Assembly (NCBI RefSeq): GCF_009914755.1 | Contig: NC_060946.1 | DNA: 64,000 nt | DNA from: the human T2T-CHM13v2.0 reference genome, Homo sapiens | Strand: one strand, 5' to 3' | Shown here: positions 13,180-27,360 of the stretch, in pieces | Numbering within the stretch: the stretch's first letter is position 1 | Layout: the number at the start of each line of letters is the position of its first letter | Translations under genes and position numbers: made by a program | Notes under the pieces: model-generated | What the model saw: only the letters and a program-made list of their open reading frames with translations | Told to the model about the DNA's origin: nothing | Database searches by the model: none

Positions 13180-16100
13180 TCCATTTCATTGCGTTCCATT
13201 CCATTCGGGTTGATTCCATTCCATTCCATTGCATTCCATTCCATTCCACTCCATTGCATACCATTCCACTCCATTCCATTCCATTCCAATCCATTCCACC
13301 CGGATTGATTCCATTCCATTCCATTCCATTCTATTCCATTCCATTCCATTCCACTCCAGTTGATTCCATTGGATTCCATTCTTTTCCATTCCATTCCATT
13401 CCATTCCATTCCATTCCATTCCACTCGAGTTGATTCCAATCTATTCCATTACATTACATTCCTTTTCATTCCAATCTGGTGGATTCCTTTCCATTCCATT
13501 CCATTCCATTCCATTCCACTCGGGTTAATTCCATTCCGTTCCTTTCCATTCCATTCCATTCTGTTCCATTCCATTCGTGTTGATTCCATTCCATTCCACT
13601 GCAATCCATTCCATTCCATTCCAATCCATTCCATTCCATTCAATTCCACTCGCATTCAATCTATTCTATTCCATTTCATTCCGTTCTGTTCCATTCCATT
13701 CTATTGCATTCCATACCATTCCATTCCACTCTGGATGATTCCATTCCATTCCATTATATTCCGTTCCATTCCATTCCATTCCATTCCAATCGGGTTGATT
13801 CCATTCCATTCCATTCCATTCCATTCCATTCCGTTCCATTCCACTCGGTTTGTTTAAATTCCATTCCTTTCAATTTCATTCTATTCCATTCCACTCTATT
13901 ACATTCCATTCCACTCCATTCCATTCCTTTCCTCTCCAGTTATTCCATTCCATTCCACTCGGCTTGTTTCCATTCCATTCCATTCCATTTTATTCCATTC
14001 CATTCCATTACATTACATTCTATACCATTCCACTCGGGTTGATCCCATACCATTCTATTCCATTCCATTCCATTAAATTCCATACGATTCCATTCCACTC
14101 GGGTAGATTCCATTCCATTCCATTCCATTCCATTCCACCCGGTTTGATTCCATTCCATTCCATTCCATTCCAGTTGATTCCTTTGGATTCGATTTTGTTC
14201 CGTTCCATTCCATTCCATTCCAATCCATTCCATTCCACTCGAGTTGATTCCAATCCATTCCATTCCATTACATTACATTTCATTCCAATCGGGTGGATTC
14301 CATTCCATTCCCTTCCATTTCATTCCATTCCACTCGGGTGGATTCCATTCCGTTCCTTTCCATTCCATTCCATTCCGTTCCATTCCATTCGTGATGATTC
14401 CATTCCATTCCACTCCAATCCATTCCATTCCATTCCAATCCATTCCATTCCTTTCAATTCCACTCGCATTCAATCTATTCCAATCCATTTCATTCCGTTC
14501 TGTTCCATTCCATTCTATTGCATTCCATACCATTCCATTCCACTCGGGATGATTCCATTCCATTCCATTTTATTCCGTTCCATTCCATTCCATTCCATTC
14601 CACTCGGATTGACTCCATTCCATTCCATTCCATTCCATTCCATTCCATTCCATTCCACTCGGGTTGTTTCCATTCCATTCCTTTCAATTTCATTCTATTC
14701 CATTCCATTCCATTCCATTCTATTCCATTTCATTCAACTCCATTCCATTCCATTCCTCTTCGATTATTCCATTCCATTCCACTCGGGTTGTTTCCATTCC
14801 ATTCCATTCCATTTTATTCCATTCCATTCCATTCCATTCCATTCTGTACCATTCCACTCGGGTTCATCCTATACCATTCTATTCCATTCTATTCCATTAA
14901 ATTCCATACCATTCCTTTCCACTTGGGTAGATTCCATTCCATTCCATTCCACTCTGGTAGATTCCATTCCATTCCATTCAATTCCTTTTCATTCCATTCC
15001 ATTCGGGTTCATTCCATTCCATTCCATTCCATTCCATTCCATTCCATTCCATTCCATTCCAATCCATTCCATTCCATTCCATTCCATTCCATTCAATTCC
15101 CTTCCATTCCATTCCACTCGGGTTGATTCCATACCATTCCATTCCATTCATTCCTTCCATTCCTGTCGGGTTGATTCCATTCCTTTCCTTTCCATTCCAT
15201 TCCATTCCATTCCATTCCATTCCATTCCATTCTATTCCATTTCATTCAACTCCATTCCATTCCATTCCTCTTCGGTTATTCCATTCCATTCCACTCGGGT
15301 TGTTTCCATTCCATTCCATTCCATTTTATTCCATTCCATTCCATTCCATTACATTCTATACCATTCCACTCGGGTTGATCCCATACCATTCTATTCCATT
15401 CTATTCCATTAAATTCCATACCATTCCATTCCACTTGTGTAGATTCCATTCCATTCCATTCCACTCCGGTAGATTCCATTCCATTCCATTCAATTCCTTT
15501 TCAGTCCATTCCATTCGGGTTCATTCCATTCCATTCCATTCCATTCCATTCCATTCCATTCCACTCGGGTTGATTCCATACCATTCCATTCCATTCATTC
15601 CTTCCATTCCTGTCGGGTTGATTCCATTCCATTCCTTTCCATTCCATTCCATTCCTTTCCATTCCATTCCTCTTGGGTTGATTCTGTTGCATTACATTCC
15701 ATTCCAATGCACTTGGTTTGATTCTATTCCCTTCCCTTCCATTCCATTCCATTGCATTCCATTCATTTACATTAAACTCCGGTTGATTCCATAGCATTCC
15801 ATTCCATCCCATTCGGATTGATTCCATTCTATTCTGTTCCGTTCCATTCCATTCCATTGCATACCATTCCATTCCATTCCTTTCTATTCCATTCCGTTAC
15901 ATTCCATTCGGGTTGATTCCATTCCATTCCATTCCATTCCGTTCCATTCCATTTCATTCCACTCCATTCCATTCCATTCCACTCCATTCCATTCCATTCC
16001 ACTCCATTCCATTCCATTCTATTCCACCCGGATTGATTCCATTCCATTGCTTTCCATTCCATTCCATTCCATTCTATTCCAGTTGATTCCATTGGATTCG

Positions 16101-19100
16101 ATTCTGTTCCATTCCATTCCATTCCATTCCATTCCATTCCATTCCATTCTACTCGAGTTGATTCCAATCCATTCCATTCCATTACATTACATTTCATTCC
16201 AATCGGGTGGATTCCATTCCATTCCATTCCATTCCATTCCATTCAATTCCACTCAGGTTGATACCATTCCGTTGCTTTCCATTCCATTCCATTCCGTTCC
16301 ATTCTATTCGTTTTGATTCCATTCCATTCCACACCAATCCATTCGTTTCCATTCCAATCCATTCCATTCCTTTCAATTCCACTCGTATTCAGCCTATTCC
16401 ATTCCATTTCATTCCGCTCTGTTCCATTCCATTCTATTGCATTCCATACTATTCCATTCCACTCGGGATGATTCCATTCCATTCCATTATATTCCGTTCC
16501 ATTCCATTACATTCCGTTCCACTCGAGTTCATTCCATTCCATTCCATTCCATTCCATTCCATTCCACTCCATTCCACTCGGGTTGATTCCATTCCGTTCC
16601 TTTCCATTCCATTCCATTCCGTTCCATTCTATTCGTGTTGATTCCATTCCATTCCACACCAATCCATTCCATTCCATTCCAATCCATTCCATTCCGTTCA
16701 ATTCCACTCGCATTCAATCTATTCCATTCCATTTCATTCCGTTCTGTTCTATTCCATTTTATTGCATTCCATACCATTCCATTCCACTCAGGATGATTCC
16801 ATTCCATTCCATGATATTGCGTTCCATTCTATTCCATTCCACTCGGGTAGATTCTATTCCATTCCATGCCATTCCATTCCATTCCATTCCATTAGTTTCT
16901 AATCGGGTTGATTCCAATCCATTCCATTATATTCAAGTCCTTTTCATTCCATGCCATTCCACTAGGGTTGTTTCCATTTTGTTGTATTCCATTCCATTCC
17001 ATTCCATTCCATTCCTTTCCATTCCATTCCATTTCATTCCATTCCACTCGGGTTGTTTCCATTCCATTCCATTAGTTTCCATTCCATTCCATTCCTTTCC
17101 ATTCCATTCCATTCCTTTCCACTCAGTGTGATTCCATTCCATTCCATTACAATGCATTCCATTCCAGTTGATACCATTGCATTGCATTGTCTCCATTCCA
17201 TTCCATTCCATTCCATTCCATTCCACTCGGTTTGTTTCCATTCCATTCCATTCCATTTTATTCCATTGCATTCCATTCCAATATATTCTATACCATTCCA
17301 CTCGGGTTGATTCCATACCATTCTATTCCATTCCATTCCGTTAAATTCCATTCCATTCCATTCCACTCGGGTAGATTCCATTCCATTCCATTCCATTCCA
17401 TTCCATTCCATTCCATTACATTCCATTCGGGTTCATTCCAATCCATTCCATTCCATTCCTTTCCATTCCATTCCATTCCATTCCACTTCATTCCATTCCA
17501 TTCCACTCCATTCCATTCCATTCTATTCCACCCGGATTGATTCCATTCCATTGCTTTCCATTCCATTCCATTCCATCCCATTCGGATTGATTCCACTCTA
17601 TTCTGTTCCATTCCATTCCATACCATTCCATTCCATTCCTTTCCATTTCATTGCGTTCCATTCCATTCGGGTTGATTCCATTCCATTCCATTGCATTCCA
17701 TTCCATTCCACTCCATTGCATACCATTCCACTCCATTCCATTCCATTCCAATCCATTCCACCCGGATTGATTCCATTCCATTCCATTCCATTCTATTCCA
17801 TTCCATTCCATTCCACTCCAGTTGATTCCATTGGATTCCATTCTTTTCCATTCCATTCCATTCCATTCCATTCCATTCCATTCCACTCGAGTTGATTCCA
17901 ATCTATTCCATTACATTACATTCCTTTTCATTCCAATCTGGTGGATTCCTTTCCATTCCATTCCATTCCATTCCATTCCACTCGGGTTAATTCCATTCCG
18001 TTCCTTTCCATTCCATTCCATTCTGTTCCATTCCATTCGTGTTGATTCCATTCCATTCCACTGCAATCCATTCCATTCCATTCCAATCCATTCCATTCCA
18101 TTCAATTCCACTCGCATTCAATCTATTCTATTCCATTTCATTCCGTTCTGTTCCATTCCATTCTATTGCATTCCATACCATTCCATTCCACTCTGGATGA
18201 TTCCATTCCATTCCATTATATTCCGTTCCATTCCATTCCATTCCATTCCAATCGGGTTGATTCCATTCCATTCCATTCCATTCCATTCCATTCCGTTCCA
18301 TTCCACTCGGTTTGTTTAAATTCCATTCCTTTCAATTTCATTCTATTCCATTCCACTCTATTACATTCCATTCCACTCCATTCCATTCCTTTCCTCTCCA
18401 GTTATTCCATTCCATTCCACTCGGCTTGTTTCCATTCCATTCCATTCCATTTTATTCCATTCCATTCCATTACATTACATTCTATACCATTCCACTCGGG
18501 TTGATCCCATACCATTCTATTCCATTCCATTCCATTAAATTCCATACCATTCCATTCCACTCGGGTAGATTCCATTCCATTCCATTCCATTCCATTCCAC
18601 CCGGTTTGATTCCATTCCATTCCATTCCATTCCAGTTGATTCCTTTGGATTCGATTTTGTTCCGTTCCATTCCATTCCATTCCAATCCATTCCATTCCAC
18701 TCGAGTTGATTCCAATCCATTCCATTCCATTACATTACATTTCATTCCAATCGGGTGGATTCCATTCCATTCCCTTCCATTTCATTCCATTCCACTCGGG
18801 TGGATTCCATTCCGTTCCTTTCCATTCCATTCCATTCCGTTCCATTCCATTCGTGATGATTCCATTCCATTCCACTCCAATCCATTCCATTCCATTCCAA
18901 TCCATTCCATTCCTTTCAATTCCACTCGCATTCAATCTATTCCAATCCATTTCATTCCGTTCTGTTCCATTCCATTCTATTGCATTCCATACCATTCCAT
19001 TCCACTCGGGATGATTCCATTCCATTCCATTTTATTCCGTTCCATTCCATTCCATTCCATTCCACTCGGATTGACTCCATTCCATTCCATTCCATTCCAT

Positions 19101-21980
19101 TCCATTCCATTCCATTCCATTCCACTCGGGTTGTTTCCATTCCATTCCTTTCAATTTCATTCTATTCCATTCCATTCCATTCCATTCTATTCCATTTCAT
19201 TCAACTCCATTCCATTCCATTCCTCTTCGATTATTCCATTCCATTCCACTCGGGTTGTTTCCATTCCATTCCATTCCATTTTATTCCATTCCATTCCATT
19301 CCATTCCATTCTGTACCATTCCACTCGGGTTCATCCTATACCATTCTATTCCATTCTATTCCATTAAATTCCATACCATTCCTTTCCACTTGGGTAGATT
19401 CCATTCCATTCCATTCCACTCTGGTAGATTCCATTCCATTCCATTCAATTCCTTTTCATTCCATTCCATTCGGGTTCATTCCATTCCATTCCATTCCATT
19501 CCATTCCAATCCATTCCATTCCATTCCATTCCATTCCATTCAATTCCCTTCCATTCCATTCCACTCGGGTTGATTCCATACCATTCCATGCCATTCATTC
19601 CTTCCATTCCTGTCGGGTTGATTCCATTCCTTTCCTTTCCATTCCATTCCATTCCATTCCATTCCATTCCATTCTATTCCATTTCATTCAACTCCATTCC
19701 ATTCCATTCCTCTTCGGTTATTCCATTCCATTCCACTCGGGTTGTTTCCATTCCATTCCATTCCATTTTATTCCATTCCATTCCATTCCATTACATTCTA
19801 TACCATTCCACTCGGGTTGATCCCATACCATTCTATTCCATTCTATTCCATTAAATTCCATACCATTCCATTCCACTTGTGTAGATTCCATTCCATTCCA
19901 TTCCACTCCGGTAGATTCCATTCCATTCCATTCAATTCCTTTTCAGTCCATTCCATTCGGGTTCATTCCATTCCATTCCATTCCATTCCATTCCATTCCA
20001 TTCCACTCGGGTTGATTCCATACCATTCCATTCCATTCATTCCTTCCATTCCTGTCGGGTTGATTCCATTCCATTCCTTTCCATTCCATTCCATTCCTTT
20101 CCATTCCATTCCTCTTGGGTTGATTCTGTTGCATTACATTCCATTCCAATGCACTTGGTTTGATTCTATTCCCTTCCCTTCCATTCCATTCCATTGCATT
20201 CCATTCATTTACATTAAACTCCGGTTGATTCCATAGCATTCCATTCCATCCCATTCGGATTGATTCCATTCTATTCTGTTCCGTTCCATTCCATTCCATT
20301 GCATACCATTCCATTCCATTCCTTTCTATTCCATTCCGTTACATTCCATTCGGGTTGATTCCATTCCATTCCATTCCATTCCGTTCCATTCCATTTCATT
20401 CCACTCCATTCCATTCCATTCCACTCCATTCCATTCCATTCCACTCCATTCCATTCCATTCTATTCCACCCGGATTGATTCCATTCCATTGCTTTCCATT
20501 CCATTCCATTCCATTCTATTCCAGTTGATTCCATTGGATTCGATTCTGTTCCATTCCATTCCATTCCATTCCATTCCATTCCATTCCATTCTACTCGAGT
20601 TGATTCCAATCCATTCCATTCCATTACATTACATTTCATTCCAATCGGGTGGATTCCATTCCATTCCATTCCATTCCATTCCATTCAATTCCACTCAGGT
20701 TGATACCATTCCGTTGCTTTCCATTCCATTCCATTCCGTTCCATTCTATTCGTTTTGATTCCATTCCATTCCACACCAATCCATTCGTTTCCATTCCAAT
20801 CCATTCCATTCCTTTCAATTCCACTCGTATTCAGCCTATTCCATTCCATTTCATTCCGCTCTGTTCCATTCCATTCTATTGCATTCCATACTATTCCATT
20901 CCACTCGGGATGATTCCATTCCATTCCATTATATTCCGTTCCATTCCATTACATTCCGTTCCACTCGAGTTCATTCCATTCCATTCCATTCCATTCCATT
21001 CCATTCCACTCCATTCCACTCGGGTTGATTCCATTCCGTTCCTTTCCATTCCATTCCATTCCGTTCCATTCTATTCGTGTTGATTCCATTCCATTCCACA
21101 CCAATCCATTCCATTCCATTCCAATCCATTCCATTCCGTTCAATTCCACTCGCATTCAATCTATTCCACTCCATTTCATTCCGTTCTGTTCTATTCCATT
21201 TTATTGCATTCCATACCATTCCATTCCACTCGGGATGATTCCATTCCATTCCATGATATTGCGTTCCATTCTATTCCATTCCACTCGGGTAGATTCTATT
21301 CCGTTCCATGCCATTCCATTCCATTCCATTCCATTAGTTTCTAATCGGGTTGATTCCAATCCATTCCATTATATTCAAGTCCTTTTCATTCCATGCCATT
21401 CCACTAGGGTTGTTTCCATTTTGTTGTATTCCATTCCATTCCATTCCATTCCATTCCTTTCCATTCCATTCCATTGCATTCCATTCCACTCGGGTTGTTT
21501 CCATTCCATTCCATTAGTTTCCATTCCATTCCATTCCTTTCCATTCCATTCCATTCCTTTCCACTCAGTGTGATTCCATTCCATTCCATTACAATGCATT
21601 CCATTCCAGTTGATACCATTGCATTGCATTGTCTCCATTCCATTCCATTCCATTCCATTCCATTCCACTCGGTTTGTTTGCATTCCATTCCATTCCATTT
21701 TATTCCCTTGCATTCCATTCCAATATATTCTATACCATTCCACTCGGGTTGATTCCATACCATTCTATTCCATTCCATTCCGTTAAATTCCATTCCATTC
21801 CATTCCACTCAGGTAGATTCCATTCCATTCCATTCCATTCCATTCCATTCCATTCCATTCCATTCGGGTTCATTCCAATCCATTCCATTCCATTCCTTTC
21901 CATTCCATTCCATTCCATTCCACTCCATTCCATTCCATTCTATTCCACCCGGATTGATTCCATTCCATTGCTTTCCATTC
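13180..21980 (+). repeat. Tandem pair of ~4.45 kb HOR units
   Basis: ORF offsets of 4462 bp (13360/17822, 13850/18312) and 4442 bp (15276/19718, 16047/20489, 16583/21025). Shared private variants CTACTCGAG (~16150/~20591) and CATACTATTCC (~16445/~20888). Confidence 0.92.
14700..15620 (+). repeat. Internal ~0.5 kb duplication within the 4.45 and 6.26 kb units
   Basis: CCTCTTCG(A/G)TTATTCC pairs at 14755/15267, 19222/19709, 40814/41341 and 47074/47586. The segment is single-copy at ~4567, ~10360, ~25796, ~56899 and ~59568. Confidence 0.9.
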
Positions 21981-24345
21981 CATTCCATTCCATTCCATTC
22001 CACTCGAGTTGATTCCAATCCATTCCATTACATTACATTACATTTCATTCCAATCGGGTGGATTCCATTCCATTCCATTCCATTCCATTCCATTCCATTC
22101 CATTCCATTCCATTCCATTCCATTCCATTCCATTCCATTCCATTCCATTCCACTCGGGTTGATACCATTCCGTTCCTTTCCATTCCATTCCATTCCGTTC
22201 CATTCTATTCGTTTTGATTCCATTCCATTCCACACCAATCCATTCGATTCCATTCCAATCCATACCATTCCTTTCAATTCCACTCGTATTCAGTCTATTC
22301 CATTCCATTTCATTCCGTTCTGTTCCATTCCATTCTATTGCATTCCATACCATTCCATTCCACTCGGGATGATTCCATTCCATTCCATTATATTCCGTTC
22401 CATTCCATGACATTCCATTCCACTCGGGTTGATTCCATTCCATTCCATTCCATTCCATTCCATTCCATTCCACTCCATTCCACTCGGGTTGATTCCATTC
22501 CGTTCCTTTCCATTCCATTCCATTCCGTTCCATTATATTGGTGTTGATTGCATTCCATTCCACACCAATCCATTCCATTCCATTCCAATCCATTCCATTC
22601 CGTTCAATTCCACTCGCATTCAATCTATTCCATTCCATTTCATTCCGTTCTGTTCTATTCCATTTTATTGCATTGCATACCATTCCATTCCACTCGGGAT
22701 GATTCCATTCCTTTCCATTATATTGCGTTCCATTCTATTCCATTCCATTCCACTTGGGTAGATTCCATTCCATTCCATGCCATTCCATTCCATTCCATTA
22801 GTTTCTAATCGGGTTGATTCCAATCCATTCCATTATATTCAAGTGCTTTTCATTCTATGCCATTCCACTAGGGTTGTTTCCATTTTGTTGTATTCCATTC
22901 CTTTCCATTCCATTCCATTCTTTTCCATTCCATTCCATTGCACTCCATTCCACTCGGGTTGTTTCCATTCCATTCCATTAGTTTCCATTCCATTCCATTC
23001 CTTTCCATTCCATTCCATTCCTTTCCACTCAGTGTGATTCCATTCCATTCCATTCCAATGCATTCCATTCCAGTTGATACCATTGCATTGCATTGTCTCC
23101 ATTCCATTCCATTCCATTCCATTCCACTCGTTTTGTTTCCATTCCATTCCATTCCATTTTATTCCATTGCATTCCATTCCAATATATTCTATACCATTCC
23201 ACTCGGGTTCATTCCATACCATTCTATTCCATTCCATTCCGTTAAATTCCATTCCATTCCATTCCACTCGGGTAGATTCCATTCCATTCCATTCCATTCG
23301 GGTTCATTCCAATCCATTCCATTCCATTCCTTTCCATTCCATTCCAATCCATTCCATTCCTTTCCATTCCATTCCATTCCATTCCATTCCATTCCATTCC
23401 ATTCCATTCCATTGCATTCCATTCCATTCCATTCCATTCCATTCCATTCCATTGCATTGCATTCCATTCCATTCCATTCCATTCCATTCCATTCCATTCC
23501 ATTCCACTCGGGTTGATTCCATAGCATTCCATTCCATTCCATTCCATTCCATTCCACTCGGGTTGATTCCATATCATTCGATTCCATTCATTCCTTTCCA
23601 TTCCATTCCATTCCTGTCGGGTTGATTCCATTCCATTCCTTTAAATTCCATTCCATTCCTTTCCATTCCATTCCTCTCGGGTTGATTCTGTTGCATTACA
23701 TTCCATTCCAATGCACTTGGTTTGATTCCATTCCCTTCCCTTCCATTCCATTCCATTTCATTCCATTCATTTACATTACACTCCGGTTGATTCCATAGCA
23801 TTCCATTCCATTCCATTCCATTCCATTCCATCCCATTCGGATTGATTCCATTCTATTCTGTTCCATTCCATTCCATACCTTTCCATTCCATTCCTTTCCA
23901 TTTCATTGCGTTCCATTCCATTCGGGTTGATTCCATTCCATTCCATTGCATTCCATTCCATTCCACTGCATTGCATACCATTCCACTCCATTCCATTCCA
24001 TTCCAATCCATTCCACCCGGATTGATTCCATTCCATTCCATTCCATTCTATTCCATTCCATTCCATTCCACTCCAGTTGATTCCATTGGATTCCATTCTT
24101 TTCCATTCCATTCCATTCCATTCCATTCCATTCCATTCCATTCCACTCGAGTTGATTCCAATCTATTCCATTACATTACATTCCTTTTCATTCCAATCGG
24201 GTGGATTCCTTTCCATTCCATTCCATTCCATTCCATTCCACTCGGGTTAATTCCATTCCGTTCCTTTCCATTCCATTCCATTCTGTTCCATTCCATTCGT
24301 GTTGATTCCATTCCATTCCACTGCAATCCATTCCATTCCATTCCA
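21660..24345 (+). repeat. Partial (~2.7 kb) copy of the 6.26 kb HOR unit
   Basis: Matches 37075-39680, 43320-45940 and 49570-52220 (ORFs 22777/38154/44414/50674 and 23574/38926/45186/51456). Shared variants TATTCCCTTGC and ACTCAGGTAG. Confidence 0.85.
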
Positions 24346-27184
24346 ATCCATTCCATTCCTTTCAATTCCACTCGTATTCAGTTTATTCCATTCCATTTCA
24401 TTCCGTTTTTTCCATTCCATTCTATTGCATTCCATACCATTCCATTCCACTCGGGATGATTCCATTCCATTCCATTATATTCCGTTCCATTCCATTACAT
24501 TCCGTTCCACTCGGGTTGATTCCATTCCATTCCATTCCATTCCATTCCATTCCATTCCACTCCATTCCACTCGGGTTGATTCCATTCCGTTTCTTTCCAT
24601 TCCATTCCATTCCGTTCCATTCTATTCGTGTTGATTCCATTCCATTCCACACCAATCCATTCCATTCCATTCCAATCCATTCCATTCCGTTCAATTCCAC
24701 TCGTATTCAATCTATTCCATTCCATTTCATTCCGTTCTGTTCTATTCCATTTTATTGCATTCCATACCATTCCATTCCAATCGGGATGATTCCATTCCAT
24801 TCCATTATATTCCGTTCCATTCCATTCCATTCCATTCCAATCGGGTTGATTCCATTCCATTCCATTCCATTCCATTCCATTCCATTCCATTCCACTCGGT
24901 TTGTTTAAATTCCATTCCTTTCAATTTCATTCTATTCCATTCCACTCTATTACATTCCATTCCACACCATTTCATTCCATTCCTCTCCATTTATTCCATT
25001 CCATTCCACTCGGGTTGTTTCCATTCCATTCCATTCCATTTTATTCCATTCCATTCCATTACATTACATTCTATACCATTCCACTCGGGTTGATCCCATA
25101 CCATTCTATTCCATTCCATTCCATTAAATTCCATACTATTCCATTACACTCGGGTAGATTCCATTCCATTCCATTCCATTCCATTCCACCCGGTTTGATT
25201 CCATTCCATTCCATTCCATTCCAGTTGATTCCTTTGGATTCGATTTTGTTCCGTTCCATTCCATTCCATTCCAATCCATTCCATTCCACTCGAGTTGATT
25301 CCAATCCTTTCCATTCCATTACATTACACTTCATTCCAATCGGGTGGATTCCATTCCATTCCCTTCCATTCCATTCCATTCCACTCGGGTTGATTCCATT
25401 CCTTTCCGTTCCATTCCATTCCATTCCGTTCCATTCCATTCGTGATGATTCCATTCTATTCCACTCCAATCCATTCCATTCCATTCCAATCCATTCCATT
25501 CCCTTCAATACCACTCGCATTCAATCTATTCCAATCCATTTCATTCCGTTCTGTTCCATTCCATTCTATTGCATTCCATACCATTCCATTCCACTCGGGA
25601 TGATTCCATTCCATTCCATTATATTCCGTTCCATTCCATTCCATTCCATTCCACTCGGGTTGACTCCATTCCATTCCATTCCATTCCATTCCACTCGGGT
25701 TGTTTCCATTCCATTCCTTTCAATTTCATTTTATTCCATTCCATTCCGTTCCATTCCATTCTATTCCATTTCATTCAACTCCATTCCATTCCATTCCTCT
25801 TTGGTTATTCCATTCCATTCCACTCGGGTTGTTTCCATTCCATTCCATTCCATTTTATTCCATTCCATTCCATTACATTACATTCTATACCATTCCACTC
25901 GGGTTGATCCCATACCATTCTATTCCATTCTATTCCATTAAATTCCATACCATTCCATTCCACTTGGGTAGATTCCATTCCATTCCATTCCACTCCGGTA
26001 GATTCCATTCCATTCCATTCAATTCCTTTTCAGTTCATTCCATTCGGGTTCATTCCATTCCATTCCATTCCATTCCATTCCACTCTGGTTGATTCCATAC
26101 CATTCCATTCCATTCATTCCTTCCATTCCTGTCGGGTTGATTCCATTCCATTCCTTTCCATTACATTCCATTCCTTTCCATTCCATTCCTCTTGGGTTGA
26201 TTCTGTTGCATTACATTCCATTCCAATGCACTTGGTTTGATTCTATTCCCTTCCCTTCCATTCCATTCCATTGCATTCCATTCATTTACATTAAACTCCG
26301 GTTGATTCTATAGCATTCCTTTCCATCCTATTCGGATTGATTCCATTCTATTCTGTTCTGTTCCATTCCATTCCATTGCATACCATTCCATTCCATTCCT
26401 TTCTATTCCATTCCGTTACATTCCATTCGGGTTGATTCCATTCCATTCCATTCCATTCCGTTCCGTTCCATTTCATTCCACTCCATTCCATTCCATTGCA
26501 CTCCATTCCATTCCATTCCACTCCATTCCATTCCATTCTATTCCACCCGGATTGATTCCATTCCATTGCTTTCCACTCCATTCCATTCCATTCTATTCCA
26601 GTTGATTCCATTGGATTCGATTCTGTTCCATTCCATTCCATTCCATTCCATTCCATTCCACTCGAGTTGATTCCAATCCATTCCATTCCATTACATTACA
26701 TTTCATTCCAATCGGGTGGATTCCATTCCATTCCATTCCATTCCATTCCATTCCATTCCATTCCATTCAATTCCACTCAGGTTGATACCATTCCGTTGCT
26801 TTCCATTCCATTCCATTCCGTTCCATTCTATTCGTTTTGATTCCATTCCATTCCACACCAATCCATTCGTTTCCATTCCAATCCATTCCATTCCTTTCAA
26901 TTCCACTCGTATTCAGTCTATTCCATTCCATTTCATTCCGTTCTGTTCCATTCCATTCTATTGCATTCCATACCATTCCATTCCACTCGGGATGATTCCA
27001 TTCCATTCCATTCCATTCCATTCCATTCTATTCCATTCCATTCCATTCCATTCCACTCTGGTTGTTTCCAATCTATTCCTTTCCATTTCTTTCTATTCCA
27101 TTCCATTCCATTCCATTCTATTCCATTCCATTAGACTCCATTCCATTCCATTCCTCTCCGGTTATTCCATTCCATTCCATTCCA

Positions 27185-27360
27185 TTCCACTCGGGATGTT
27201 TATATTCCATTCCATTCCATTTTATTCCATTCCATTCCGTTCCATTACATTCCATTCTATACCATTCCACTCGGGATGTTTCCATTCCATTCCATTCCAT
27301 TTTATTCCATTCCATTCCGTTCCATTACATTCCATTCTATACCATTCCACTCGGGTTAAT
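27185..27360 (+). repeat. 80 bp tandem duplication
   Basis: CACTCGGGATGTTT...TTTTATT...CTATACC at ~27188 and ~27268. Also present at ~33455/33535 and ~60950/61030, and absent from the second unit (~30450). Confidence 0.85.
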
